Shown: in pieces, positions 38,164 through 47,666 of the stretch
Layout: every line of letters starts with the position of its first letter
Position numbering within the stretch: the first letter of the stretch is position 1
DNA from: Promethearchaeota archaeon
Lineage (GTDB): Archaea > Asgardarchaeota > Lokiarchaeia > Sigyniarchaeales > SOKP01
NCBI GenBank assembly: GCA_048939995.1
Contig: JBHLOY010000007.1
Span: 32,001 to 96,000, forward strand
DNA: 64,000 nucleotides
Reading direction: 5' to 3'
The notes under the pieces: model-generated
What the model was told of the DNA's origin: nothing
What the model saw: only the letters and a program-made list of their open reading frames with translations
Database searches by the model: none
Made by a program: the position numbers and the translations under genes

Positions 38164-38940
38164 TTACTGACTTACTTCCATTTTATTGAAAGATCGTGCT
38201 CCTAATAGTAATAAAGCGATGCCGAAAACTGACATAACCAAGAGATCTAACCATATGGGAAAAGAAGATACTCCTAACAATACAGCTCTAAATAGATCAA
38301 CACTATAAGTAAAAGGGTTAACCATCATTACTGGTTGCAAAATCCCTGCTGTATCAAATGAAAAAAACGCACCAGATAACATAAACATAGGCATTACTAT
38401 AAATGTTTGTATTAATCCGAAAGATTGAAAGTCTCTCATCCGAGTACTTATTGTTAGACCCATCCCTACTATTCCGATACTTGCTAATAGAGCTACCGGA
38501 AGTATTAATGGTATGCGCCAAATTAATGAAAGATCGAATCCTAGGTAACCAAGTGCAAGACCTAAAAACACAATTATACAAACTTGGATAAGAGTTTGTA
38601 AAGCAACTCCTAGCGTCTTACCCACCATCAATGTTCTTCTACTAACGGGAGCAACAATTAACTCTTTCATGAATCCAAACATTTTATCTCGCATAACTCC
38701 CATTCCACCAAAAATCCCTGTGAAAAGTATTATAATTGCGGATATACCTGAAGCAGCAAAGGCTCTCTGATCAACTTGAATTCCACCTATTATTGGTGTT
38801 ATGAAACCAAATCCATTACTGAATACTACTAAAAACAATACACCTTGAACTAATGAAGATATTAGCCTTGTTTTATTTCTCCAGAATTCTAGTATTTCTC
38901 TTCTAGCTAATACCCACACTGCTCCATAGTTTAACTTCAT
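38164..38940 (-). CDS. ABC-2 type exporter permease (DrrB-like)
   Basis: RDKMFGFMKELIVAPVSR, PMFMLSGAFF and NPFTYSVD. Confidence 0.92.
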   Translation of the reverse strand: MKLNYGAVWVLARREILEFWRNKTRLISSLVQGVLFLVVFSNGFGFITPIIGGIQVDQRAFAASGISAIIILFTGIFGGMGVMRDKMFGFMKELIVAPVSRRTLMVGKTLGVALQTLIQVCIIVFLGLALGYLGFDLSLIWRIPLILPVALLASIGIVGMGLTISTRMRDFQSFGLIQTFIVMPMFMLSGAFFSFDTAGILQPVMMVNPFTYSVDLFRAVLLGVSSFPIWLDLLVMSVFGIALLLLGARSFNKMEVSQ

Positions 38941-38970
38941 TTCTTCAACATTTAAATCTGAAATGTCTCA

Positions 38971-40296
38971 CTACCTCCTTAATTGCCGCATTTGAATAAA
39001 CTTTTTAATATTTTTCGTCGTATTAGAAGATTCTTCCCTGATATTACTTCCTACAAAATGCAAGAAAACATCCTCTAATTTTGGGGCGTGCATATTTACA
39101 TCCTTTATTTTTAATCCATCGTTATTAATCGCTTGGATGATTTCTGGAAGACATTTTCCACCACTTTCACAAGAAATTGAGATTGTTGGTTCGAAATCTT
39201 TTTCTTCCTCTTGATAATTTCCGCGCTTGATTTTAATAATCTCTTCTTTAATTTCGTTTGGAAGTTCTTTTAAAAGATTTTCAGTAAAAAGATTACTAAT
39301 TCTTTTTTTCATATCTATTGGTGCATTTAAGAACATTTGAGAAGCCATTGGAAATCGCTTAAATGCCATCAAAAGTTTATTTGGGTCAGACATCATCTGA
39401 TTTACTTGACTTTTAATCATTTCGGGATTGATACCGGGCATCCCTTTAGGCAGATTTAGATCCATTGGTAATACTGTCTGAATTCCTTTTGCACCCTCTA
39501 TTGAAATGTTCTTTATACTGGGAATAGACCTTAATTGAGATATTATACGAGGAATTTTCATTCTATCCTCCACTTTCTCAAATTTTATATCTATAATATC
39601 TCCCGATATCTCTTTCTTAAGATTTTCAGATGTATCTAAAGCTATTATTTTTCCATGATCCATAATACAAATTCGATCTGCTAATTCGTCTGCTTCATCC
39701 ATATAATGAGTAGTAATAAGGATCGTAACATCTAAATCATTATTTAATTCCTTAATCTTATCCCAAATCTTTCTTCGTGTTTGAGGATCTAATCCCAATG
39801 TAGGTTCGTCTAGAAATAGCATTTTTGGTCTATGTAATAAGCCCCTTGCAATTTCTAATCTCCTCTTCATTCCTCCCGAATAATGTTTAACGTAAGATTC
39901 CGCTTTATCTTCCAAGTCGACCAACCTAAGAACTTCACTAATTCTCTCTTTTCTTTGCCTTTTTGGCATGTGGTACAAAATAGCATGGAGTTCTAAATTT
40001 TCCCTTGCTTTCATTTCATTGTCTAAGGAAGGTTCTTGAAATACAATGCCTATACTCTTTCTTACTTGATCTGGATGTTCTTTTACATCATAGGAATTTA
40101 CAAATGCTTCCCCTTTAGATGGAGTTAATAATGTAGCTAATACCGAGATTGTGGTAGTTTTACCTGCTCCGTTAGGACCTAATAAGGCAAAGATTTCTCC
40201 TTTTTTAATGTTTAGAGTAATATTATCTACTGCTAAAACATTCCCTTGATCGTATATTTTGGTAAGATTCTTTATTTCTACAATGTTTTCATTCAT
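38971..40296 (-). CDS. ABC exporter ATP-binding protein (DrrA-like) with about 100-aa insertion in the C-terminal domain
   Basis: GPNGAGKTT, YSGGMKRRLEIA, LDEPT and PKLEDVF. Confidence 0.93.
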   Translation of the reverse strand: MNENIVEIKNLTKIYDQGNVLAVDNITLNIKKGEIFALLGPNGAGKTTTISVLATLLTPSKGEAFVNSYDVKEHPDQVRKSIGIVFQEPSLDNEMKARENLELHAILYHMPKRQRKERISEVLRLVDLEDKAESYVKHYSGGMKRRLEIARGLLHRPKMLFLDEPTLGLDPQTRRKIWDKIKELNNDLDVTILITTHYMDEADELADRICIMDHGKIIALDTSENLKKEISGDIIDIKFEKVEDRMKIPRIISQLRSIPSIKNISIEGAKGIQTVLPMDLNLPKGMPGINPEMIKSQVNQMMSDPNKLLMAFKRFPMASQMFLNAPIDMKKRISNLFTENLLKELPNEIKEEIIKIKRGNYQEEEKDFEPTISISCESGGKCLPEIIQAINNDGLKIKDVNMHAPKLEDVFLHFVGSNIREESSNTTKNIKKFIQMRQLRR

Positions 40297-40852
40297 TTAT
40301 TTTTTCCACTTTATTCTGACTAATTGTTTTTTGAATATTCTTTTCCAATTTATCTTTTTCTATATGTAATTGCTTCAAAAGCTGCATTATATCAGATTCA
40401 ATTGCTGATAACGCTTTTAATTTTTTTTCCTCTGAAATATCTTTGTTGATAATAAATTCGACAGGACTTGACCACACCTTAAAAGTAGCCTCATTTAAGA
40501 ATTTAGAATGATCTAAATCAGAGTTTGAATCTGGAAACCTCAGTTTGATGAATTCAAAGATTTCTCCAATCTTTTTGCGTAATTCTCCTAATTTTTTCTC
40601 TCCTGCTCCTGATAAAAAGTATAAATGTTTTGGTCTTCCTGTTTCTTGGCTAATATCATCCTTACGAACTAAATCACCATTTTCTTCTAAGGATTTCATT
40701 ATTCGGTATATTTTTGAATGTGGAATGTTTCCATATTGAGTTAAATCATAATATGTCATACCGTTTTCATAACTTTTTATAGTATTAAATATAAATATCA
40801 TTCGCAAGTCATCCATGAATTCATGAAAAAATTTAAACTGCTTTGGCCACAT
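40289..40852 (-). CDS. PadR-like winged-helix regulator of the ABC operon
   Basis: YYDL..SKIYRIMKSLEENG..GRPKHLYFLS..G; overlaps the start of the ABC gene. Confidence 0.8.
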   Translation of the reverse strand: MWPKQFKFFHEFMDDLRMIFIFNTIKSYENGMTYYDLTQYGNIPHSKIYRIMKSLEENGDLVRKDDISQETGRPKHLYFLSGAGEKKLGELRKKIGEIFEFIKLRFPDSNSDLDHSKFLNEATFKVWSSPVEFIINKDISEEKKLKALSAIESDIMQLLKQLHIEKDKLEKNIQKTISQNKVEKINE

Positions 40853-41013
40853 AGTTTAGACAAGACTTCAAATGGAAAAGTTTTTTTCAAATTGAAATAT
40901 TTAGATTTTAAAAATAGATGGGTGCTTATAATTTTTTTCATTTTGAAATATTATTCCTTTTTGTCATTTTAATGATTAAATAATTTAGCTATAAAACTTA
41001 ATTCAATATAGAG

Positions 41014-42342
41014 TTGAGAAAGATGACAGATGTTTTTATTACCGATACTTCTAAAGGTATACAAAATGCAGTAGATGAAATACTGACAAAAGTCGACCCT
41101 ATATTAAAAATATCTAATCTTGTTTATATTAAGCCTAATGGTGTTGATTTTAGGAAACATACATATACATCTCCAGAAGTCCTAGGAGCAGTTATTAGAT
41201 ATTTTAAAAAGAAGGATGCAAAAGTCTATGTCATGGAAAATTCGACACAAGGAAATCTAACTAGAGTTGTTTATGCAATTAATGGGTATAAAAAAGTATG
41301 TAAAGATAATGGTGCTAAAATAGTATATCTAGATGAGGAAGAGACATTTGAATATCAATTTAAAGCAAAACTATCAATAAATGAAAATGTCCCAGATTAT
41401 AATTTGAATACTTTCAGATTACCTTTAACAGTGGTTAAGATTATCAATAATAGACAAAACATAACTTATATTAATCTACCCAAGTTAAAGACTCATTCTA
41501 TGGCACGAGTTTCCCTTGGAATAAAGAATCAATGGGGATTTCCCCAACATGCAGATAGGGGCAAAGATCATAATTATAACTTACATTTGAAACTTGTGGA
41601 TGTTTTTGAATTAATTAAACCAGATATTACTCTCATTGATGGAACAGAAGGCACTATCCATGGTCATTATCCACCTACAGCATGGGAAGATAAACTAGTT
41701 ATTCCCTTTAAAATATTAATAGGAGGACGAGATACTTTATCAGTAGATGTGGTTGGAGCGAAGATTTTTGGCATGAGCATAGAGGAAGTTCCACATTTAA
41801 GAATTGCTTACGAAAGAGGGTTAGGTGAAGGAGACTTAAGTAAAATCAATATTATTGGCAAAAGCTTAGAAGAATATAAAGTTAAATATGATTGGAATTT
41901 ATTGGAACAATTTCCTAAAAATGTCAAAATTGTTAAAGGGAAAGATTTATTGTGTGTTGAAGGGTGTCAAAATAACACATTAGTTACTTTACAAGTTTTA
42001 GCATATGATTATCCTAATAAATTCAAAGGCGGCTGGTTTTTAATAATGGGTAAAGGACATGATGATGATCTAGTAGATAGGCTAAAAGATGAAGGTTATA
42101 CTAAAGGGCTTGTAGCAGGATTTTGTGCTATTGACGAAGTTGGTAAAAAGTTAAGAGAGGCATTTGGAAAGAGAAGAGTATTCTTTTCAGGAGACTGTAA
42201 CAACCTTGCAGAAACTATTAAAGCAGAACTCAAACTTGCTAATATGAGTGTGTTTGACCTAGTTCCCATTTCAAATGAAGATCTTATCCATCTTATTGAT
42301 GAAGCCCAAAAAAACGATAGTACCGCTTTAATTCCTTTATAA
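41014..42342 (+). CDS. DUF362-domain Fe-S protein
   Basis: IKPN, INLPKLKTH..SLGIKN.WG and PDITLIDG. Confidence 0.85.
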   Translation: MRKMTDVFITDTSKGIQNAVDEILTKVDPILKISNLVYIKPNGVDFRKHTYTSPEVLGAVIRYFKKKDAKVYVMENSTQGNLTRVVYAINGYKKVCKDNGAKIVYLDEEETFEYQFKAKLSINENVPDYNLNTFRLPLTVVKIINNRQNITYINLPKLKTHSMARVSLGIKNQWGFPQHADRGKDHNYNLHLKLVDVFELIKPDITLIDGTEGTIHGHYPPTAWEDKLVIPFKILIGGRDTLSVDVVGAKIFGMSIEEVPHLRIAYERGLGEGDLSKINIIGKSLEEYKVKYDWNLLEQFPKNVKIVKGKDLLCVEGCQNNTLVTLQVLAYDYPNKFKGGWFLIMGKGHDDDLVDRLKDEGYTKGLVAGFCAIDEVGKKLREAFGKRRVFFSGDCNNLAETIKAELKLANMSVFDLVPISNEDLIHLIDEAQKNDSTALIPL

Positions 42343-42435
42343 TAATATAAAAAAATAATTTAAAAGTCAATAATTTTAACTTTTTTGTCAATGAAAATCA
42401 ACCTTTATTAATATTATGGTGTAATAAAATAATTA

Positions 42436-43179
42436 ATGGAGTTTGAATCTAAATATTCTTTCATTAAAACTTTCTTATCTATTCCTGATGCCCCGTTTAA
42501 ACTTAAAGAGAGATTAGACTCCCTTATTGAATCTGATAGCTATAAAGAAGAGATTTTAGCAAGAATTATTCAGTTTATATATTATTTTTCCATGTTTAAA
42601 GATATAACACCATTTATGAGATCAGTATATAATTGCATTGAAAAGACTCTTGATATTACATTCGAATCAATAAACGATTTTCAAGAATTATTAATAAAGA
42701 ATACATTATTAATCTTCATTCAAGATTATATTAATTACGCGAAACTAACTCAAAAACGGCAAATCTTAAAACTTTTATCGGATTCCTTAGATAAACTTCA
42801 GATACAACCTCTTATTATTAATTTAGGACTTCTTTTAAAACCAATGTATCAAGATAAGGAATATCTTGAAAATATGCTGTATCTCGAAGAATTTGAAGTC
42901 GCTTATAACCAAGATGATAAACTTGGGTTCCAAATAAAACGTGAAATTGATAACTGGTTTGCAACTCAGACATTAGATTTAGATAATCAAGAAAATTTGA
43001 AACTTTTATTGAAAAGAAAATTTGATGAAGTTGTTTCCCATACCGGAGTTGATAAAAAGTCGAAACATTATCAAAAGTTATTATTAGAGGTTATGGAAAT
43101 GCTTACAATGAAACTTACAATGATAAGCTTAATGGATTCTGTTTCTGATGAATCCCTTGAATCGATATCAATAAAATAG
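42436..43179 (+). CDS. Hypothetical alpha-helical protein
   Basis: 247-aa ORF with no recognised motif. Confidence 0.7.
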   Translation: MEFESKYSFIKTFLSIPDAPFKLKERLDSLIESDSYKEEILARIIQFIYYFSMFKDITPFMRSVYNCIEKTLDITFESINDFQELLIKNTLLIFIQDYINYAKLTQKRQILKLLSDSLDKLQIQPLIINLGLLLKPMYQDKEYLENMLYLEEFEVAYNQDDKLGFQIKREIDNWFATQTLDLDNQENLKLLLKRKFDEVVSHTGVDKKSKHYQKLLLEVMEMLTMKLTMISLMDSVSDESLESISIK

Positions 43180-43328
43180 AGGATTATTAAAAGCTTTCAA
43201 TCCAATTTTAGTATTTTGTTAAGTGAAATCTTTACGCAAAATTCAAAGCTAGTAATTTTGCGATAAACAAATTAATAAATACAAAGTTTGATTTTATATT
43301 TAACAAGAGGTATTTTATTTTTTATAGA

Positions 43329-44708
43329 GTGAGAGAATTGGGAGAGAATGAAGAACCTTTAACACCGGAAGAAATTGAAAAACAAAAGAAGATCGTTGAT
43401 GAACTTTATAAGAAGGAAAAAGAAGAGAGGGAAGAATATCTTAAAAAATTTGAGAAACAGAGAAAAGACGCATTTGAGGAAAGTAAAAGGTTGATTACCA
43501 ATATAATTTCAGAAAAAAGCTTTATAAGAGAAAAACAACGCGAACAGGACCAGAAGAGAAAAGAGCTTAAACCAGATATAAAAAGTAAGGGAGAAGCAAT
43601 AAGTAAATCTGTCGATCAAAAGGTGTTTATGATAGAAAAGAAGAGAGAAAGTGATACTCAGAGGTTAAAGATTAAACCAGATTTAGAAAAAACTACCGAA
43701 GCGATAAGTAAATCAATTGATGAAAAAGCTTTTTTAATTGAAAGAAAGAAAGAGATTGACGCTCAACGGCTTAGTGTAAAACCTGATAAACAAAAAATAG
43801 AACAAGCTATAGAGAAATCTATAGGAGAAAAGGCATTTTTACGAGAAAAACAACGAGAGGAAGATGCTAAAAGAATGGAACTAAAGCCAGATTTTAGAAG
43901 AGTAGGAGAATCAATTGAAAGAAGTGTAGGTGAAAAAGCTTTCCGAATTGATTTGCAACGAGGAGCAGAGCAAAAAATAAAAGCTTTAAAACCAGATATA
44001 AAAAGTAAGGGAGAAGCTATAAGTCAATCTGTTAGTGAGAAGGCATTTAGATTAGAGAAGCAAAGAGAAACTGTGGAAGAATTAAAAAGTATCAAACCAG
44101 ATCTAGAACAAGCGAAGCAAGCCATAGAAAAGTCAATTAGCGAAAAAGCTTTTATGCAGGAAAAACAACGCGAGGAAGATACTAAACGAATGGAATTAAA
44201 GCCAGACTTCAGAAAAGTAGGAGAATCAATTGAAAGAAGTGTAGGTGAAAAAGCTTTCAGAATTGATTTGCAACGAGGAGCAGAGCAAAAAATAAAAGCT
44301 TTAAAACCAGATATGGAGAAAGTGGGAGAAGCTATAAGCCAATCTGTTAGTGAGAAGGCATTTAGATTAGAGAAGCAAAGAGAAACTGTGGAAGAATTAA
44401 AAAGTATCAAACCAGATCTAGAACAAGCGAAACAAGCCATAGAAAAATCAATTAGCGAAAAAGCTTTTATGCAGGAAAAACAACGTGAGGAAGATACAAA
44501 ACGAATGCAACTAAAACCTGATTTACAAAAAGCAGGAGAGGCTATAGAAAGAAGTATTAGCGAAAAGGCTTTTAGGAGAGAAAAGCAAAGAGAAAACGAT
44601 CTAAAGCGAAAGGAATTAAAACCAGATATCAAAGGAATAAGCGAAAAAATCGAAGACAAAATAGAAAAAATCGAGGAGAAAAAGAAAAAGGAATCACCAT
44701 CTGATTAA
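43329..44708 (+). CDS. Highly charged protein with about 11 tandem 35-aa repeats
   Basis: KPD recurs every 35 residues. The consensus is KPDhxxxxEAIxxSI(S/G)EKAFxxEKQRExxxxxxxL. Confidence 0.9.
   Translation: MRELGENEEPLTPEEIEKQKKIVDELYKKEKEEREEYLKKFEKQRKDAFEESKRLITNIISEKSFIREKQREQDQKRKELKPDIKSKGEAISKSVDQKVFMIEKKRESDTQRLKIKPDLEKTTEAISKSIDEKAFLIERKKEIDAQRLSVKPDKQKIEQAIEKSIGEKAFLREKQREEDAKRMELKPDFRRVGESIERSVGEKAFRIDLQRGAEQKIKALKPDIKSKGEAISQSVSEKAFRLEKQRETVEELKSIKPDLEQAKQAIEKSISEKAFMQEKQREEDTKRMELKPDFRKVGESIERSVGEKAFRIDLQRGAEQKIKALKPDMEKVGEAISQSVSEKAFRLEKQRETVEELKSIKPDLEQAKQAIEKSISEKAFMQEKQREEDTKRMQLKPDLQKAGEAIERSISEKAFRREKQRENDLKRKELKPDIKGISEKIEDKIEKIEEKKKKESPSD
43885..44515 (+). repeat. Near-identical 315-nt tandem duplication (3 x 35-aa super-repeat) inside the repeat gene
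   Basis: GTAGGAGAATCAATTGAAAGAAGTGTAGGTGAAAAAGCTTTC occurs at 43902 and 44217, an offset of 315 nt. Boundaries are approximate. Confidence 0.88.
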
Positions 44709-44713
44709 AAAGT

Positions 44714-45202
44714 TTATATTTCAAAGTTAGAATTGTAATAATTCAGCATTTCTAGCTTCTTTTCATAATTTAAAATTGAGGGTTCAATTATACCATTAAA
44801 CTGATTAATTGAATTTTCATAGCGATTGTAAAAATCATTTATAATGTAATGTAACAAGTGCCTTTCAAACTTTAAATTTAATTTTTTAGTAATTGCTATT
44901 ACCGACAAGCGGCCTAACCTTTCATATAAAATACGTGTTTCTCTAAAGTTAATCTCTTGAATTTCTTCATCTGTATCTCCCGGTTTTATTTCCTTTATAA
45001 ATAAGTTAAGAGCATTTAAAAATCCGCTAATTAAATCTCCATTTGAAGTATTATTTCTATTTTGAGAATACTGTTTACTTATAAGTAAAGATCCTGTGAG
45101 ATTATCTAAAAAATAAATTGCATGAAAAAAGCAATCACTTTGGTTCACTCTTTTAAATCCAAAACTCTTATTATTAACAATTTTATTAAAATTAAACGAC
45201 AT
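44714..45202 (-). CDS. Longin-like domain protein
   Basis: HAIYFLD..GSLLISKQY..DLISGFLNALNLFIKEI..IQEINF..RILY. Confidence 0.7.
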   Translation of the reverse strand: MSFNFNKIVNNKSFGFKRVNQSDCFFHAIYFLDNLTGSLLISKQYSQNRNNTSNGDLISGFLNALNLFIKEIKPGDTDEEIQEINFRETRILYERLGRLSVIAITKKLNLKFERHLLHYIINDFYNRYENSINQFNGIIEPSILNYEKKLEMLNYYNSNFEI

Positions 45203-45407
45203 AATTCAGAATTATCTTTTTAATAATCAAAATTACATAATTAAGAAACTTTAACTGATCATTTAAAATACATATATTATCTTTGTAACATCCAATAGAT
45301 TACTTTTTATCTAATTTCCAATTTAATATCCTAATCAATAAAATTTCAAAAAAAATAAATATTAAAAATAAACAATTTTTATTAATAGACATATATTTGT
45401 ATTTTCT

Positions 45408-45893
45408 TTGGAGTTTTGGATGCATATGGTTTCTTATAACAATGAAAGTAAGAATAAAAATAAAATTTCTTTAGGTTTAATAATAACTAAAGAAGATTTA
45501 AATTCCACCCTCTTCCCCGATGAGGTTAAAGATGAAATTACTGAATCCCCCTACTATTTATTAATATTTATTTCAAGAGAAGACGTTATAAAAGTAAGCT
45601 GCTTTCCTACAAATACAAATTTAATCAAAAAAATACTAATAAAATTAGAGGAATTCTCACCGGAAATAGTGAAAGGAATTTCAGAAGTTTTAAGTAAATT
45701 AAATTTAAGTAAAGATATTTTACATACAACTGGAATTTGCTATGAACTAGAAAAATGTTTTTATGAAACATATTTAATAGGAGATACTCTCGAATCTGGA
45801 AATATAAATTCAGATACAATTAAAAATGAATTTTTAAGAATAAATAGAGTTAACAACGTTACTATTGAGAATATCCCGCTACATTCCAAATAA
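45408..45893 (+). CDS. Hypothetical protein, possible C-terminal ACT-like fold
   Basis: 161-aa ORF with a PEIVKGISEVLSKLN..ILHTTG pattern. Confidence 0.6.
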   Translation: MEFWMHMVSYNNESKNKNKISLGLIITKEDLNSTLFPDEVKDEITESPYYLLIFISREDVIKVSCFPTNTNLIKKILIKLEEFSPEIVKGISEVLSKLNLSKDILHTTGICYELEKCFYETYLIGDTLESGNINSDTIKNEFLRINRVNNVTIENIPLHSK

Positions 45894-45927
45894 ATGATTA
45901 TGGTAATTTCTCTTTAAAAATTATTTC

Positions 45928-46299
45928 TTATTCTTGAATTTTTATTGACTCAAGAGAACGCCAAGCCTTCCAAAAGATTAACCATAATATTGCAAAGATA
46001 AAAATAGTTGTAACACATGTATAGCCACCAATAAATAAATCTATTAATATCATGAAAGGGATTCCCGCAATAGAAAATCCAAAAAGATAACCATATCCCC
46101 AATACCTATTTTTCAAAGCAATTAAAACTCCAGGAATAATAGTAGTAAAAATTATTGATAAGTATGCTATTACCTCAATGAAATTTGGACTCTCCAAAAT
46201 TAATAACATATTAAGCCATGAAACTATAAAACCGATAATTGAAAATATAACTGTGAGAAAATCTAATTTAAATTGGGATTTAGGCGCTTTCTTCATCAT
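45928..46299 (-). CDS. Small 4-TM membrane protein
   Basis: Four hydrophobic segments. Confidence 0.7.
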   Translation of the reverse strand: MMKKAPKSQFKLDFLTVIFSIIGFIVSWLNMLLILESPNFIEVIAYLSIIFTTIIPGVLIALKNRYWGYGYLFGFSIAGIPFMILIDLFIGGYTCVTTIFIFAILWLIFWKAWRSLESIKIQE

Positions 46300-46539
46300 T
46301 ATTATAATTTATGTTTAAAATCCATAATATTTATGTATAAATAATATATATTTTTTGCTAGAATTCTAGAATTTTGTGTAAAAAATTTATCAAAGTTCAA
46401 CAATTATTTTAAATACATCCAAAATTATATATTGCATAAGATAAAAATTTAATTTTCAAATCAATAAGATAAAAATTTAATAAGCATCGAAAATTTAAAA
46501 CAAAATCAAAATAGGTTAATAAAAAAGATATAAAGTCAT

Positions 46540-46666
46540 GGCTCCTGCTACCACCCTGGATTTTTGTCTTTTGGTAGTGTGTGAAAGCACACTCTGATTT
46601 CGCCCTCCTCCCCCTATTTTGTTTTTGACCTTGCTTTTAGGTCTTGGTGGCAGGAGTCTCCTTTTT
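46540..46666 (+). ncRNA. Candidate structured non-coding RNA of unknown family (about 120-127 nt)
   Basis: A GC-rich island in very AT-rich intergenic DNA. It has a 13-bp terminal stem GGCUCCUGCUACC/GGUGGCAGGAGUC whose G-U pairs favour the + strand, a GAAA-tetraloop hairpin (46576-46593), a hairpin at 46627-46643 and a trailing T-tract. Confidence 0.65.
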
Positions 46667-46715
46667 ATAAAGTGAGCTTGTTTTAATTAACAATAAAAAG
46701 AAAAAAAATAATGAT

Positions 46716-47471
46716 TTAATTTAATTTTAATAATTTCTTCATCCATTTCGGTAATATAAACCCTATATAATAAAAAGTGCTTGATAATAACATAAAAACC
46801 CTAAAAAATATCAGGGTAAAGGGGTTAAGTTCTAAGAATCCATCTCCAATAGCACCTATTGCAAAAAGATTAAATGATAGAATAAGAAATCGCCCTTTCC
46901 ATTTAATTTCCCTCTCTTCACTTTTTAATGAGTGGATAGAAAAATCATTACCAGTAACTGTACTTATTAATAGTGAGAAAGCTAAGAAAATCAAAGCAAA
47001 TCCCCTGTATTCAATATCGATGGCACTCTGCTTTATTCCGATTAGCGGATCAACAGGAGCTCCTGGAGCAAAAAATAAAAAGAAGAAAAGGTACGCATAA
47101 TATATTATTGATAGGATTGCCGTGCTTATTAGTAAGGGATATTTGAGTTTGGGATGTAATGCGGGGATATAAATCTGAAACCACGCAAATAAAGCAATTG
47201 GTACTCCTAATGTTCCTAATAAAACATAAATCGGATAAGGTATAACTTCATTGGTAATCAACCAAGAAATATAACCAAATCCACTAGGGTACCAAGGAGA
47301 CATCGTAAAGATTATTGCAAAGAAAAAATAGTAGAGAGTTTTGTATTTTAATTGATATGCTTTAATTAAGACTAATATTCCATAAAAAAATGTGATAAAG
47401 AGACTGATCATTCCAAAAATTCCGGAAAGCTGGCTTAAAAAGTCTAATTCTATAAATAGTAGAAAAATCAT
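46716..47471 (-). CDS. Polytopic (about 7-TM) membrane protein
   Basis: About seven hydrophobic segments and no soluble domain. Confidence 0.75.
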   Translation of the reverse strand: MIFLLFIELDFLSQLSGIFGMISLFITFFYGILVLIKAYQLKYKTLYYFFFAIIFTMSPWYPSGFGYISWLITNEVIPYPIYVLLGTLGVPIALFAWFQIYIPALHPKLKYPLLISTAILSIIYYAYLFFFLFFAPGAPVDPLIGIKQSAIDIEYRGFALIFLAFSLLISTVTGNDFSIHSLKSEEREIKWKGRFLILSFNLFAIGAIGDGFLELNPFTLIFFRVFMLLSSTFYYIGFILPKWMKKLLKLN

Positions 47472-47666
47472 AAATAAAAAGTAGTTGATTTTATTAAAAA
47501 GGATTTTTTTTTGAAAAGATTAAAATATCTGATATTCTACAATAATAATACTATTCCAAGTATTATCTAGCATAAAAAATTTTTATAGAAAAGTTAACTA
47601 ACCTTTTAATTAAATAATTTTTTATATAAAAAAATCATAATTTTCTTTAATAATGTAATTCAAGAT

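Noticed and set aside
43560-44640. Possible CRISPR array or DNA-level repeat element
   Set aside because: The repeats are 105-nt in-frame coding units that vary at synonymous positions and have no unique spacers. No cas genes are present in the window.
44024-44659. 211-aa antisense ORF with repeats
   Set aside because: It is the shadow of the repeat gene on the opposite strand, with a Ser/Phe/Leu-rich composition from reverse-complemented Glu/Lys codons.
46538-46597. 19-codon ORF MAPATTLDFCLLVVCESTL ending in TGA (possible leader peptide or Sec readthrough)
   Set aside because: It is very short and has no SD. The region is better explained by RNA secondary structure, and no SECIS-like element was recognised.
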